Origin: Toensbergia leucococca
Taxonomy: Eukaryota
Assembly (NCBI GenBank): GCA_022813965.1
Contig: JALDZS010000061.1
Span: 1 to 64,000 of the forward strand
Direction of reading: 5' to 3'
DNA: 64,000 nt
Part shown: positions 48,901-61,645 of the stretch, in pieces
How the letters are laid out: every line of letters starts with the position of its first letter
How positions within the stretch are numbered: the first letter of the stretch is position 1
Program-made: the position numbers and the translations under genes
Notes under the pieces: generated by a model
Told to the model about the DNA's origin: nothing
Databases searched by the model: none
The model's input: only the letters and a program-made list of their open reading frames with translations

Positions 48901-49576
48901 ACCAGGCACTCCACAGGAAAACTACCAGCATGAACACAATGCATCAGGAGAAGGCGTCATAGCATCATCCGGCGTCGACGGAAGTACCTGCAGTGCAGGG
49001 CTTCCTGCTAACGAGGCATGCTCTGACGAAGATGATGATGACGACGACGACGGATGTTCACTGTGACCGCAGTGATAAGACTTCACTTCTCGTTTTCGCC
49101 TACATCCCCCAATTACGCTCCAGCCATCACCCAGACTGCGCAATATTGTTATAAGAGGCCTATGGGGTCCTACAAACGAAGGAGCAAGTATGGCAATGAC
49201 ATGTGTTAAGATTCCTCGAGGTCACTCAATCTAAAATTAGATAGTCGAAGCTACCTACCACGCATTTGCTAGCCGCATAGAGATGTCCAAATTTGAAAAA
49301 AAATCATACGGTCTTAACGCATGACGTCGAAACCCCCGGGGTAAAAGGTGAGACTGGGCAATCAAAAGATCTCTGAGACCGCCAACGGTGGGAATCACGT
49401 GCTAGAATTCCAGTAAACCACGTACCTGAATGCCATCTACCGTATTATTTTGGCCATCCCCGAGCCCTGCCTTTCCTTCGTCCACGATCTTCAAGCCACC
49501 GTAATTCTCGCACTGCGCTCCAAGTAGCAGCAACTCCCCATCAAATTTTGTAACATTAATACTGACCTGTCCTCAC

Positions 49577-52005
49577 TCACTCCTCCTCCACCATCTCCCC
49601 CTCCTCACTCCCAGACCTCACCCCTACCTCCTCCTTCTCCTCCTTGACCGGCGTCCTCTCCCTTTCCTTCCTCCTTCCGCCCTCCTCCCTCTCCCTTCTG
49701 ATTCTCTTCCGCCCACTTCCGGCACTCTCCCCATCACTTTCCGGGCCCCTTCTTCTTCTCACACCGCCCCTTAATTCTCCGTAATCCAGCTCGTCCCTAT
49801 TGCCCCTAGGATCACCCCTCGTGCGGTACAGCCTCTCGCGCTCCTCGTCCCGTTCTCTCCTTTCACGCTCATAGTGGCTAAGTCTCATATCACCATGTCG
49901 ACTAGGAGCGCGTTCATGCCGTTCCCGATCCAGACGCTCTCGTGGCAGTGGCGGCGGTGGAGATAGTCCCGTGGCGCTAGACTTGCGGTACTGGCGTTCG
50001 CGATCAGCCATTGCCTTGCGGCGGTCAGCTTCGTAGGCGTCGAGTTCAGGGGTGCGGCTGCGACGGGATGCAGGGACGTGCCTATCGCTGTTGGAATGAT
50101 GTCGGGAAGAGTGACCGTTACGGAGGTCGCGATCGTGGTCTCGGTCGCGTTTAAGGGTGCGACTTTTCTCACGTTCTTTCTCGGCATCTTCCTCCTTTTC
50201 CTTGAGCCGGCGCACAACCTTGTCGAAAGCTTGGCGTCGGAGTTCGTCAGAGTCGAGGGCTTTGAATTCGTCAAAGTGGGATATTTGTGGGCGAGTGGAT
50301 TCCCAGGTCGAGGCTGGGTGAATAGGAGGGTTGTCGAGGTGTTTAATTTTGGATCGGAGCGCGTCGATTAGACGACGCTGGTGGCGTTCTGAAGCGTGCT
50401 TGTCGTCTTCGGTTCGGCGGAGGACCTTTTCTTGAAGACGAGTGAAAATGAGATGGAGAGTGTCGGGGGATATGGGCGCTGTGCGACGATCTGTGGCCAT
50501 GAGCTCGAGGAAGTCGGAGAGGGCTGTTTGAGGAGTAATCTCGTAGCGCTTGTCTTCTAGGACGTCGTACACATCGTTTCGAACCAGTCGTAGAGCTCGT
50601 TCTTCCTCTTCGACCATGTCCCAGAACAGATCTAAAGGAGTAGATCCAGATTGACCGAGCACGGCTTCATACCTTGGGTCTTGGTCCACTTCTGGGAGAA
50701 TCTGCATCCACTTGGTTCCTGCCTTGATCTTCCCCACCGTCTTGAGCTCATTCAGCAAAGCTAGGAATCGGTCCCTGTTCTGACGCTCTCGTCTCGCTTT
50801 GGAGCTCTTCTCGTGCTGGCGTTCGTCGTTGAAGGTACGTTCAAGGGACTTGATATGGTTCTCGAAAGCAGTCAAAATGTCTGATTTGCTAAGGGTCTTG
50901 AACTTATCGTCACCTTGAAATGCCTCACTCGATTCGATCATCCCGTGTGCTTCAGACCACCTTGTATATGGCTCGAGATCAAGTGCTTTTAGTATACCTA
51001 CAAGCTCGTCCATGGCAGACTTACGGGTGAAAAGCTCGCGCTCAATGGCAGCCTTTTTGAGCTCGATTATGTACTCTTCATAAAGCTGCCGACGTTCAGT
51101 ATCATCGCTGGTAGATCTGAAAATTGTCTCGCCTTCGATGATGGGTCTTGCCGTTTTCCATCGGGTGTAGTGCTTGATCTCTGGATGACTTCTCAGCATG
51201 GTACCAAAGTCGGTGCGGAGCTTTGCAAGCCTCTCTTTGGCCCGATCCTTCTCCTGCATGCGTACTTCTACTGCATATTTCTCAAAAGCTAACTTTCGAT
51301 CCTTTGGATCTTTCAATGCTCTATATTGAGGGTCCTTGATCGTAGCGCGCATCGTCTGTTCCCAAGTCCAATCTGGTTGCACGTTTGATCGCCTGAGTAG
51401 CTTTATGAACGCTGCCTCGCCTTCCTCGAATGTTGAATAATCTGGATCATTCTGTTGTGCGCCAAATGCAAGTCCTCGAGATCCATTCACGTCCACTTGG
51501 CCGTAGCCAATCTGCCGATCCGGGCCGATTCGTTCCCCATAGTCGTCTTTTTCGCGCTGCTGGGGATATGCCGAGAAGGAACTCGTCCCGCCTGCGACGA
51601 ACTGCTGAGCTCTAGTATTGGTCAGCAGTGACGCAGATCTGCAGAGATGAAATCTTACGGAGCAGAAATCCTCTCAGCGGGCTGATTCTGTGCAAGGGCA
51701 AGCTTGTAGACTTCTGGTATTTCCCAAGAACTCTGCTTCGATTCAGTATTGTACCAGTATTTGCGTCCTCCATCCGCTGTGTATTCTTTCCATGGCTGGT
51801 TTGCCAGAGCACGCTGTAGTCTGTCAGCTCCAGTTGCAAAGAGAAACAAAGGCGCTTGGCTCACCTCAGCCGGATTCATCAACTCTAAGGGCTTCGTCCA
51901 TTGCGTTGCCTTGGTCTGAGTATTGTAATAATAAACGCGCCCTTCTCCGTTGCGAGCTTCTTGCCAAAGTCCTGGTGGGATTACGATACCATTAATGCCG
52001 TTCAT
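49577..52005 (-). CDS. PRP40: U1 snRNP protein with 2 WW and FF domains
   Basis: WW1 LWQEARNGEGRVYYYNTQTKATQWTKP; WW2 WKEYTADGGRKYWYNTESKQSSWEIP; FF repeats (AFIKLLRRSNVQPDWTWEQTMR); R/E-rich tail. Confidence 0.93.
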
Positions 52006-52181
52006 GGCGGCCGAAGTAGATGTATACTCCAAAGTTCCGGCTGAGTAAGAAGATGTCCGTCTCTTGGGAGTAGAAGTAGAAGCAGTGGTTCGCAATTAAA
52101 TTACAGTGTACGGATAGAGATAATTTCATTTCGCTTCAAGTTGCCAAGCTTTCACGACATCCCAAACACTATTGCTCAAAC

Positions 52182-54156
52182 ATGGAAGTCCCTGGCACAG
52201 CAGGCCGAGGGAATAACACCATGCCAGAGCCCGATGTGGAGTTCCTCAAGAATTCACTTCTCGATGTTCTTGTGCCGCAAGCTTCAGACTTGAATGTTGC
52301 AGATGCTCTTGCCTCGACCCGCGACGAAGGCCGTCTCGAAGACACTATTTTGATTTCTTCTATAGCACAAAGGAGTGTTTTATTTTTCGGTCAGCTGATC
52401 TCGTACTCTACATACAAATCAGCTTCTTACTTATTTGTAGGCATCTCCAGATGAACTGATCTCAATCTACATTGTGCTTCGAACGCCATACCACGATGAG
52501 CCGCAACTCCGTTCCTACATCTCGCGATTGGCATTTACACTCGAGGCTCATGCTATTAGCTGCCCTTCCACATCTTTGATTGCCCAGGACGCAAATGATA
52601 AGAACTCTACAATCCAAGAAAAGGACACCATTTGGTCTTGCGCCATCAATGCTTCTGAGGATCCGTTGATTGCCGTTCACCAGGGAGACAGTGAAGGCGA
52701 AAATAGCCATGTATACATAATATGGAAAAAAGAAGCCTTCCTAAGTAGGTGGTAATTACATGAGGTGCCCATTCACGTAAGACTGACAGCTGCTAGGCCG
52801 GCCTAGAATACGACTTCAATTCCCGATGATTGTTTTCAAACCGTCTGCAAGAATACGACAACCCCATGAAAAAAGATCGTCTAGCGCCGCGGAACGATAC
52901 CTACCTGATGGCATTCCCGCCTCGAGAAATCTTCTGGAATCTCTAAAAGACGACCCTTCACTTAAAAGCGCTCAGCCTCGGCTTTCAGCTCTCCGACTAT
53001 CCCGAATTTCTCCCTCCCCCCGCGGGTTGACTATTGCTCACCAGCCGCTGAAAGCAATTGCGCAAAGAGCATTCCGTGCAATGCCTGCTCTCAGTGCACG
53101 AATGCGTTTTTCAAGATCCGATACTTTTGCAGCAAAGCGCAGCATCATTGCTTCACTTGATGTCGAGACCACTTCGCTCTTGAATTGTAACACCAGTCTC
53201 GAATCTGTGGAAATACATTTTGCTGACGGCTCGGCCGAAGAATGTACCGGCGGTCACACCCTGATATTGCCCATGGAGTGCCGGCCACGAGACAATGTTG
53301 CATTCTTCTATCGTTTTTCGCAAGCTGGAAAATCTGTTGATGAAATAGCAAAGACCGCAAATTCTAGATCTTTGACTGTTACGATTAGTGCAATAGTCTT
53401 AGTCTCTGAGATCTGTCATGCACACGTTGAAATGAGGTGGAGGACTGGGCTTGAATTTCTGACGGCTTCGCAATCAATTCATGGTATGTCTGGCCCAGTG
53501 GTGCAGCAGATGAATAGGCCGGCCAGCATTCCGGTGTCTTCCATACATGATGCCAAGCAAGGTACACCAATTCCAGCGCCCGAGGTATCAGGAGAATTGA
53601 CTGGACGACAAAGCACGATTGCAGCCAGTGCTCTAGGAGCTATGATGACCTTTGCCGGACCAAGAGAGGTTTACGTAGGGGAAGTCTTTTCATGGGATGT
53701 GTTTATTATGAACAGTTCTAGTAAGCCACTAACACTAGCTATCATGGCATTATCCAAGCGAAGGAGAGGAGAAGCAAGAAATCATTTATCAAGACCTTCG
53801 TCATCATCGGCTGGTGGCACTAAAGAGACCGAGAACGCCGAGGCCGTGGTCGACGAGATGTTCTTGTATGCTATGCAGAGGAACACCAGCACGGAAATTA
53901 CGAACCTGGTGAACTTAAGTACAGATGTTAGAATTGGGTAAGTCCCAAGTCTTGTTACATAGCTGCATGGTACTGATAATGCACCTTTAGTCCTCTAAAT
54001 CCAGGATTCTGTCACAGTGCGGAGCTTCGGTTTCTTCCTTTAGCAAGAGGAGCGTTGCAACTTGAGGCGATCCGAGTTGTTGACCTTGTATCAAACGACT
54101 TTATAGACGTTCGAGAGTTGCCCGATATCATAGCAGAAGAGCGTCGTGGACTTTGA
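52182..54156 (+). CDS. TRS65: TRAPP II complex subunit, 4 exons
   Basis: SIAQRSVLFF|DELISIYIVL, EPQLRSYISRL, W..EAFL|RPRIRLQ, ASRNLLESL, LSTDVRIG|PLNPGFCHSAELRFLPL..EAIRVVDL. Confidence 0.85.
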
Positions 54157-54651
54157 ACAAAAGAAATTTCAAATCACACCACAAGTGCCCAGACTTCCAT
54201 GATCAAATTAAAAAAGTTCAAGAAGATGCACTTGCTTGAAAAGCATGTAAGGTAGGAGTACTCGAATGAATTGATTCGTCGTAAAACAGGTCTTGGCGCT
54301 TGTATCATCCTGTAACCAACGAGGAAGCTGGGTAGGTGGCTAGGTATAGGTAGAATAGGCGTAAGTGGCGTCATCCGATCGTCAGTCGTCACAGTATTAG
54401 CGAGGTCAAGTCAGTGGGGTGGCTCGTGCCTGTGAACTCACCATCTCTTCCATGTACTCGTAAATCAATATCGGACCCTCTACCTGCCTAGTCTCCGTAC
54501 CTCTCGCTGAGTCTTTTACATCATTAGAGCACCCTGCAGGACGAACCAAGCCTGAGCTTTTAATCGTAAAGCACCTCTTGTGCTCCTTGGTCGCTTTCCT
54601 CGCAATATCTCTTTGTGCATTCCACCATCGCAACTCTCTCACGACACGATC

Positions 54652-55778
54652 ATGCTCGAAACAGCAAGGCGAAGAGTGCTGAACACTCTGAACAGCAGAT
54701 ACATCTATGGCAAAGTGGTCAGTGCTCCTCCCTCAGCACCATCATTCACTGCATTCTGTACTCACGCAAAAGCTTGACGTCAACCTCAACTTCTCACATT
54801 GCTGACTACCTACCTTACCTCTGTCTTTTGGCGTAGCCTCTCCTTCACACAATCATATTTCTTATCGAAATGGCCATCACCTCCAGGTTGATTGCCAAAT
54901 TCAACTCCTATTATGCCGACAAGCCAGGTATGCCACACCGTCAGAAGATGTGCCCTTCGCACGGCTAATGCTTATTAGTACTGACCATCATGATCACCAA
55001 TGCTGTATGCCTCCTCTATTACCATGCCATCTATCTAGTGAATCACAAACATAGCGAGTGGCTGATGGTGGTGTAATACAGGTCCTTGGTGGAATAGCAG
55101 ATACGGTCGCCCAGTCATTGACAGCTATCCGGTCAAAAGCTAGAAGCGAGCCTGGTAAAGATGATCTCGTCTCCATTGAGATACCTGACTTCGACGAAAA
55201 GAGGCCATATCCAGCGAACGAGCTGTTGCCTTCGTCCCGATATTTGCCACCACCCTTCGACTTCGAGAGATTGACTCGATTCATGGCATATGGATTCATA
55301 ATGTCACCTTTACAATTCCATTGGTTCGCCTTCTTATCGAGGTCTTTCCCTATCACGAAGCACAGTGGGACAGTGCCGGCCTTGAAAATGGTGGCATTCG
55401 ACCAGCTGATGTTTGCGCCAATAGGTACGCCTGCCACTCGACCTGATCTGTTGACGTCACTAATACAGGCACAGGCTTGGCATGCTTCTTCACTTTCATG
55501 ACGGTGGCTGAGGGCGGCGGTAGGCGTGCCGTGGTTCGAAAATTCGAAGACGTATACATACCGTCGCTGAAGGCCAATTACATGCTGTGGCCCGCAGTGC
55601 AGATCCTCAACTTTAGGATCATTCCCCTTCAATTTCAGATTGTGAGTGTCATGTGCAAGTGTACAGCAAAAGTCACAGATATTGACTATGACTTCAGCCC
55701 TTCGTATCGACAGTTGGGATTGCATGGACGGCCTATCTATCGCTCACCAATCAATCAGACGAGCCCATAACCGTGTAA
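54652..55778 (+). CDS. Mpv17/PMP22 family membrane protein (Sym1-like), multi-exon
   Basis: YIYGKV|PLLHTIIFLIEM..FNSYYADKP|VLTIMITNA|VLGGIADTVAQ; FDFERLTRFMAYGF; DQLMFAP; NYMLWPAVQILNFR; PFVSTVGIAWTAYLSL. Confidence 0.88.
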
Positions 55779-55899
55779 TGACAAGAGAGAGCCAGACTTT
55801 GTGGGTTTGTTTTTTCAATTGATTGACTTTCAGCTTTTGGGACCAAAGCGCTGGCGCAGAGCAGATTTGATTAACCCCTGGGCATGTGTTGGTCGGCAA

Positions 55900-56720
55900 C
55901 CGGGGCGTTTTGGCCATTTTGGACGAAGCTCAATAGTCTTCAAGGAGTCATGACAATTTTGTAGGTTCGAAAGGGTCAGTTTCTCTGCTATAATGTATGT
56001 TTGAGGATATCAAAATAGCATAGCAGAAACCTAGAAACACCGGACCTTCCATTGTTGATATTCTCGAAAGGCCATGGCTTTCGGACGGAATGTACCCTCA
56101 TTGTAACGCACGGTACTGACGCTGAAAACCTCTTTATGCCAACCTCTGGCCTATTCATCAAGTTCACTTAGCTTGCTTAGGAGTTCTAGAGTTTTCTACC
56201 CTTTAACAAGTACTTACATCCGCAGTTGCTCCCGCCTTCCGGTTAATTCATGGTGCTACTGTACTCGATTTTTGCCCAGCGTGGCACAGCTGAATTACGA
56301 CATGCTAAGGTACCTCTGGCTCTGTGTGCAAAGTCTGTGAGCCTTCGCAAAGGACCAATTTGACTGGCTTTCCACAACCCAGAATCTTCAGGAGTGATCT
56401 GGCCGTTTGCGGTCACGGCAGTTGCCTCAGTGATAGTCAAACCAGGACCTCGGGCGATGATACCGCTAAGATGAACCAAATACCAGTCAGTGAGATGACC
56501 ATCCGTTGCGGAGCACTGATACATCGTAGCAAGCTGTTCAAGAGATCGATTTACCTCTTTCTGACTACAGACACAGCATTGAAGCGACGCGAATTATGTC
56601 TTCAGAACAGACTTATGGTATTTCCTTTTTCTTCAACGGCTGGAATAGCTTTGAAATGGGGTTTCCCCCCGATTTGGAAGCAAATGCACTGCCGGCGGGT
56701 ATTCTTTGCATTGGAGTGAA
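55900..56720 (-). pseudogene. Degraded NADH:flavin oxidoreductase (old yellow enzyme, YqjM-like)
   Basis: Fragments FTPMQRIPAGSA, KLFQPLK..*, and [61 protein letters not shown]. The QLAHAGRK motif is lost, frames break, and no catalytic HxxHGY region is recognisable. Confidence 0.8.
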
Positions 56721-58434
56721 GAAGGCAGACTGATATCATCAGCAGTCAAGCATAAAGTACTAACAGTTTCAGGCAAGGCGGGACAATGTTCTTGAAGGGT
56801 TCCTGGATAGCTAGGCAAGCTAGATCAATTTGTCGAGAGAGGAAATCAGCATACTTCCTTGGCTGGCATGTTCGCCAAAGGATGCTCTCTTGTCACGGGC
56901 TCTACTTCTTGATTCATGCCATCAACGAGGTTTCCTGTGTCATAGCCATCGTCTTTTTCATTAGTCGTCGGGCAGCGGTCGTCGGTCATAGCGATGTCTA
57001 GTCAGTAGAGTATGTCGAGAGATTTAGGCTGAACTTGTCACGGCAAATAAAGTTGGACGTCAGATGTCCGAGTATTGTAGATGTGAATTTTGGAATTCTG
57101 CAGATAGAACAAGACGACGATGAGAACAGCCAGATATACCAGGTAATGTGCATTACTCCTTCTTCCACATACTAGCTGGAATTACTTGAAACGTACGATC
57201 GATCACCGGGAGAGCACTTCGAAAGCGTACCATCGATCACCCATTGACCGTTTGATATATGAAAACCATCGAAGAAGCCCGTTTTTGAGGTGCTATTCGA
57301 GCTGTCGTCTTGCGAGGCTATGACTTGGATGCGGTGCTCCACAACATCCATCTCAAGATTCCAATACGTACCTGGTACGTACTCATTTCAATTAAGTGGG
57401 TATAATTTCTCTAAGTGATGTTAACATTTACTATTTTCCTCATGCCTCGCCATTATCAACTACCGTACGGATATCCGTACCGAATAAGAGTATGAACGTG
57501 GTGCGGTTAGGCTACCTTAGGTTTCCGTACGGATAAATACGTCACATTGGATCCGTGCGTCGTGTGGGGTAAAGAAGACCTGTCAAAGCAATTTCTGTCT
57601 ACGAAAAGGTCAGGTAAAGACTCAATACTAGTTTTTCCAGTGAGTGCAGTTTTGATAGGTGAAGCTCATTGGTCCTACCCAACTCTTTCCCTCGGCACGA
57701 GGCACTGTGCATCTCCATCAAGCCACACATGTGGGGTACCGGCGCTAGATACCGCATTGGTCGCGACTTGGTCGATCAATTTCCTTCTCCGTCGTTGACC
57801 CCATATGCGTGTTGTTGAATTAAGACAAAGCGACTATTTTGAAGATGTGCTGCTTCCACGATCCCATGAGCATCATCGTCATCTTGCCTCAGCATTCGAT
57901 AACGCCTCTACGAAGAAAATCAATGGTCCTCAAGTGAACATGGGATCCCATTGCCATTGCTTGACGTTCAAATGCACATTTGCCTCGACGAAACTCACCC
58001 TACAATCTGCCCAACTCCCTGACATCCTCCTGCATGCTGAAGAACTCTCTGCTATCTGCATCCACAGTGGCGCCAGCGAATAGTCCGTCGTCGTTTATAC
58101 AACGGGTCTGCTGCCGTTTTCAGTCCTTATTCCGGCATTCAGCTGACTCGCTGCGCACCAAAAAGGTCGAGCGTTGACACTGACCTGCATCTCTTTGATT
58201 GCTGCCATTCTATTCCTTGCAAGCCTCTCTTTTATAGTTTGATAGATCCCGTCCGACTTCCTCGGTATGTCATGCTCTCCTTTCAACTTCCTCGGCATCT
58301 GTCTAGCAGGAGGTAAATATATGAAGAAATGGTGAGGCACATATAGAGTGTGTCAACAATCAGTTCGGTTTCTCTTTCGTCGTTCAAGCCTATATCATTG
58401 TTAGTACTTTGAGCACAAGTGAATTTTTTCAAAC

Positions 58435-59737
58435 ATGCATTCTGCTTTACTCTTTTGTGCCTTTGTTACGGCAGCCAATGCCTTTCCCTGGGTCGCTGAA
58501 CAACCTGGGGTAGACTCATCTCTGTTCAGAAAGTTACGAAGGCAGCAGTCTGGGGGTGAGGGTGCTGGCGGTCCTTCCACTTGCCCTTTCAACTCAAATC
58601 ACCCTGGAGCTGCCCCAATCACTGCTCAATACCCATACAACAACGCTAAGAACGGCCTACCAGGTAACGGCAAGGGCGGATACCAGGTTCCAGCACCAGG
58701 AGACACGGCTCATGCCTTCACCGCCCCGGGACCAAATGACATTCGTGGACCTTGCCCAGGTCTGAATGCAGCTGCAAATCACAACGTGAGTATCACAGTA
58801 TTGCTGCTCGGCTTTCTTGCTGATTCTTTCCTAGTTCCTTAGCCATGATGGCATCACAACATTTAATGAGCTTGTGGACGCACAGCAAAATATCTATAAC
58901 GTCGGCTACGACCTTGCCACCTTGCTAGCTGCCCTTGGTCTGACTCTCACCGACGGTGATGTCGTCACCGAAAAGTTATCTATTGGTTGCGACGCCACAA
59001 CCAGAACATCGTATAGCCCTGTATTGACTGGCTCGGAACCTGGCCTTGACGGTCACAACAAATTCGAGGGAGATACCTCTCTTACTAGGAACGATTTCTT
59101 CCTTGACGGTGGTGATGACTTCACCTTCAATGGTACTCTTTTTGGCATGATGGAGAATACTTGTCAGGGCAATTTTGACCGAGCCAATCTTGGTCTCTAT
59201 CGGTACCAACGCTACCAGCAGTCTCTCGCGGAAAACCCCAATTTCTACTTTGGGCCCCTCAGTCTATTACTATTTGGCGCCGCCACTTTTCTCTATGAAC
59301 TCATGCCTAGTGGTACCCACAATTACCAGCCTGACTTCGAGACTATTTCTACTTTCTTTGGAGCGGAATCCAATGGGAACGGAGGTTACAATTTCGTCCA
59401 TGAGCAGATCCCAGCCAACTGGACCAACCGCGTTGCGCCTTATACTAACGCGGACGTTACTAGTGAGATCCTCGCTATGTATTTACTGCACCCGGTCCTT
59501 TTTGGTGGAAAGACTGGAACAGGTGGCTTCGATGCTCTTCCCACTTTCGGGAACATACAAAATGGTACTCTTGTTGACGGTCCCAACACCGCATGCACAT
59601 TATACCAGCTTTCTACACAAAGCGTGCCAAGCTACCTTAATGGGGTTATCACTCCGACGGTTGCTGCCCTGAGCTTTATTGCAACCAAAGTCTCCCCGCA
59701 ATATATGAACCTTGGTTGCCCTGATCCGCTCACCTAA
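58435..59737 (+). CDS. Secreted heme-thiolate peroxidase (unspecific peroxygenase/chloroperoxidase family, long type), 2 exons
   Basis: Signal peptide MHSALLFCAFVTAANA; proximal Cys motif DIRGPCPGLNAAANH; HNKFEGDTSLTRND; intron ~58786-58834. Confidence 0.92.
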
Positions 59738-60252
59738 AGCGGCCAGACTTTCGACCTAGCATTGAGACGTGATTTAACCTCGTCAAAGAACGCACACAGC
59801 AAGGCCCTTCGAATATCCTGCCTGATGTCATGGGACGAATGATGTTCTGATCAAAAGAAAATGGTTGTATAGATATTGGAAGGCCTGGCAATGTCTAATT
59901 TTCTTCTTCAAGCTCATATTTCAGCCCTCTTTTCACTATGTAATACAACCAGAACATTGAAACTTAAGACGAACGCGGAATATAACTAGCTGACGATTGG
60001 AGTTGATAGTTCTTTATGCCTCCAAGGAAATGTGTACTCATCCTCGTAATGGTGAATCCTACCCCAGGACTAATCACCCCACCCAAAACCAAAACACTGC
60101 CCCACTTTTTCTTCTCGTACCTTGAGGTAAGGTACTACTCATCCAACAAGCCGACGTCATAGTCTATCACTTGGTTCTTATCAAGCCACTCATTCTTAAG
60201 AAGCCCGAGCAAATTGAAGTTTCATATCACCATCAGCACAACACTGCCGAAA

Positions 60253-61645
60253 ATGTCTCTTTCTAACAAGCTTGCAATTACCGATGTCGACCTCAAAGGA
60301 AAGCGTGTCTTAATCCGAGTATGCCATTGAGTCCTCACCCTCACCGAATATGCTTGAATCCTTGCGCCGGATCATTTCAGCTGAACCTTGCCCCTCTAGG
60401 TCGATTTCAACGTCCCTCTAGATTCGGATAAGAAAATAACAAACAACCAACGCATCGTCGGTGCCCTCCCAACAATCAAATACGCCGAAGAACATGGCGC
60501 CAAGGCAGTCATCCTCATGTCCCACCTCGGCCGGCCTGATGGAAAGAAGACTGAGAAATACTCTCTTAAGCCCATTGTCCCTGAATTGGAGAAACTGCTA
60601 GGCAAAAAGGTCATCTTCACTGATGATTGTGTTGGGAAGGAGGTTGAAGAGACGGTCAACAAGGCCTCTGGTGGAGAGATCGTACTTCTGGAAAACCTAA
60701 GATTTCATGCTGAAGAGGAAGGAAGTAGCAAAGATGCCGAAGGAAAGAAGGTCAAGGCAGATAAGGAGAAGGTGCAGGAGTTTAGAAAGGGCTTGACGGC
60801 CCTAGGAGATATCTATATTAGTACAAGAACCATTCCACGAAGCTTCAAGAAGGGCATTCGGCTAATACACTCCATTAGACGATGCTTTTGGCACAGCCCA
60901 CCGCGCTCACAGCTCAATGGTAGGCGTCGAGCTACCTCAAAAGGCGTCCGGATTTCTCATGAAGAAAGAGCTCGAGTATTTCGCCAAGGCACTCGAGAAT
61001 CCTCAACGGCCATTCTTAGCCATCCTTGGAGGGGCTAAAGTTTCCGACAAGATTCAGCTTATCGACAATCTCCTAACCAAGGTTGACAGTCTGATCATCT
61101 GCGGTGGTATGGCTTACACGTTCAAGAAAACTCTCGAGCATGTCAAGATCGGAAACAGTCTTTTCGACGAGGCGGGAAGCAAAACCGTGGGCGATCTGGT
61201 TGAGAAGGCTAAGAAAAACGGTGTCAAGATTGTCCTGCCTAATGATTATGTCACCGCCGACAAATTTGCCAAGGACGCTAAAACTGGGTATGCCACCGAT
61301 GAAGAAGGTATTCCAGATGGCTGGATGGGGTTGGATTCTGGCGAGAAGAGCACCGAGCTCTGCAAAAAAAGCATCTCAGAAGCGAAGACAATTTTATGGA
61401 ACGGTCCTCCTGGAGTCTTCGAATTCGAGGCCTTTGCAAAAGGAACCAAAGCCATGCTCGACGCGTGTGTCGATGCCGCACAGGACGGAAAAATCGTCAT
61501 CATTGGAGGAGGAGATACCGCAACAGTGGCCGCGAAATATGGTGTCGAGGACAAGCTCAGCCACGTCTCAACGGGCGGTGGGGCTTCATTGGAATTATTG
61601 GAAGGGAAGGATTTGCCTGGTGTATCTGCATTGTCAAGTAAGTAG
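60253..61645 (+). CDS. PGK1: Phosphoglycerate kinase, 3 exons (cytosolic isoform)
   Basis: [81 protein letters not shown]. Confidence 0.97.

Noticed and set aside
49290..49560. Possible Pol III/snRNA on the minus strand (ACCTTTTAC loop followed by a T8 tract)
   Set aside because: Mismatch to the invariant U5 loop GCCTTTTAC, no convincing stem or Sm site; most likely overlapping 3' UTRs of RLI1 and PRP40. An Infernal/Rfam scan would settle it.
52006..52095. 30-codon TTG-initiated N-terminal extension of PRP40
   Set aside because: Short enough to arise by chance, a near-cognate start, and it lies in a 176-bp bidirectional promoter.
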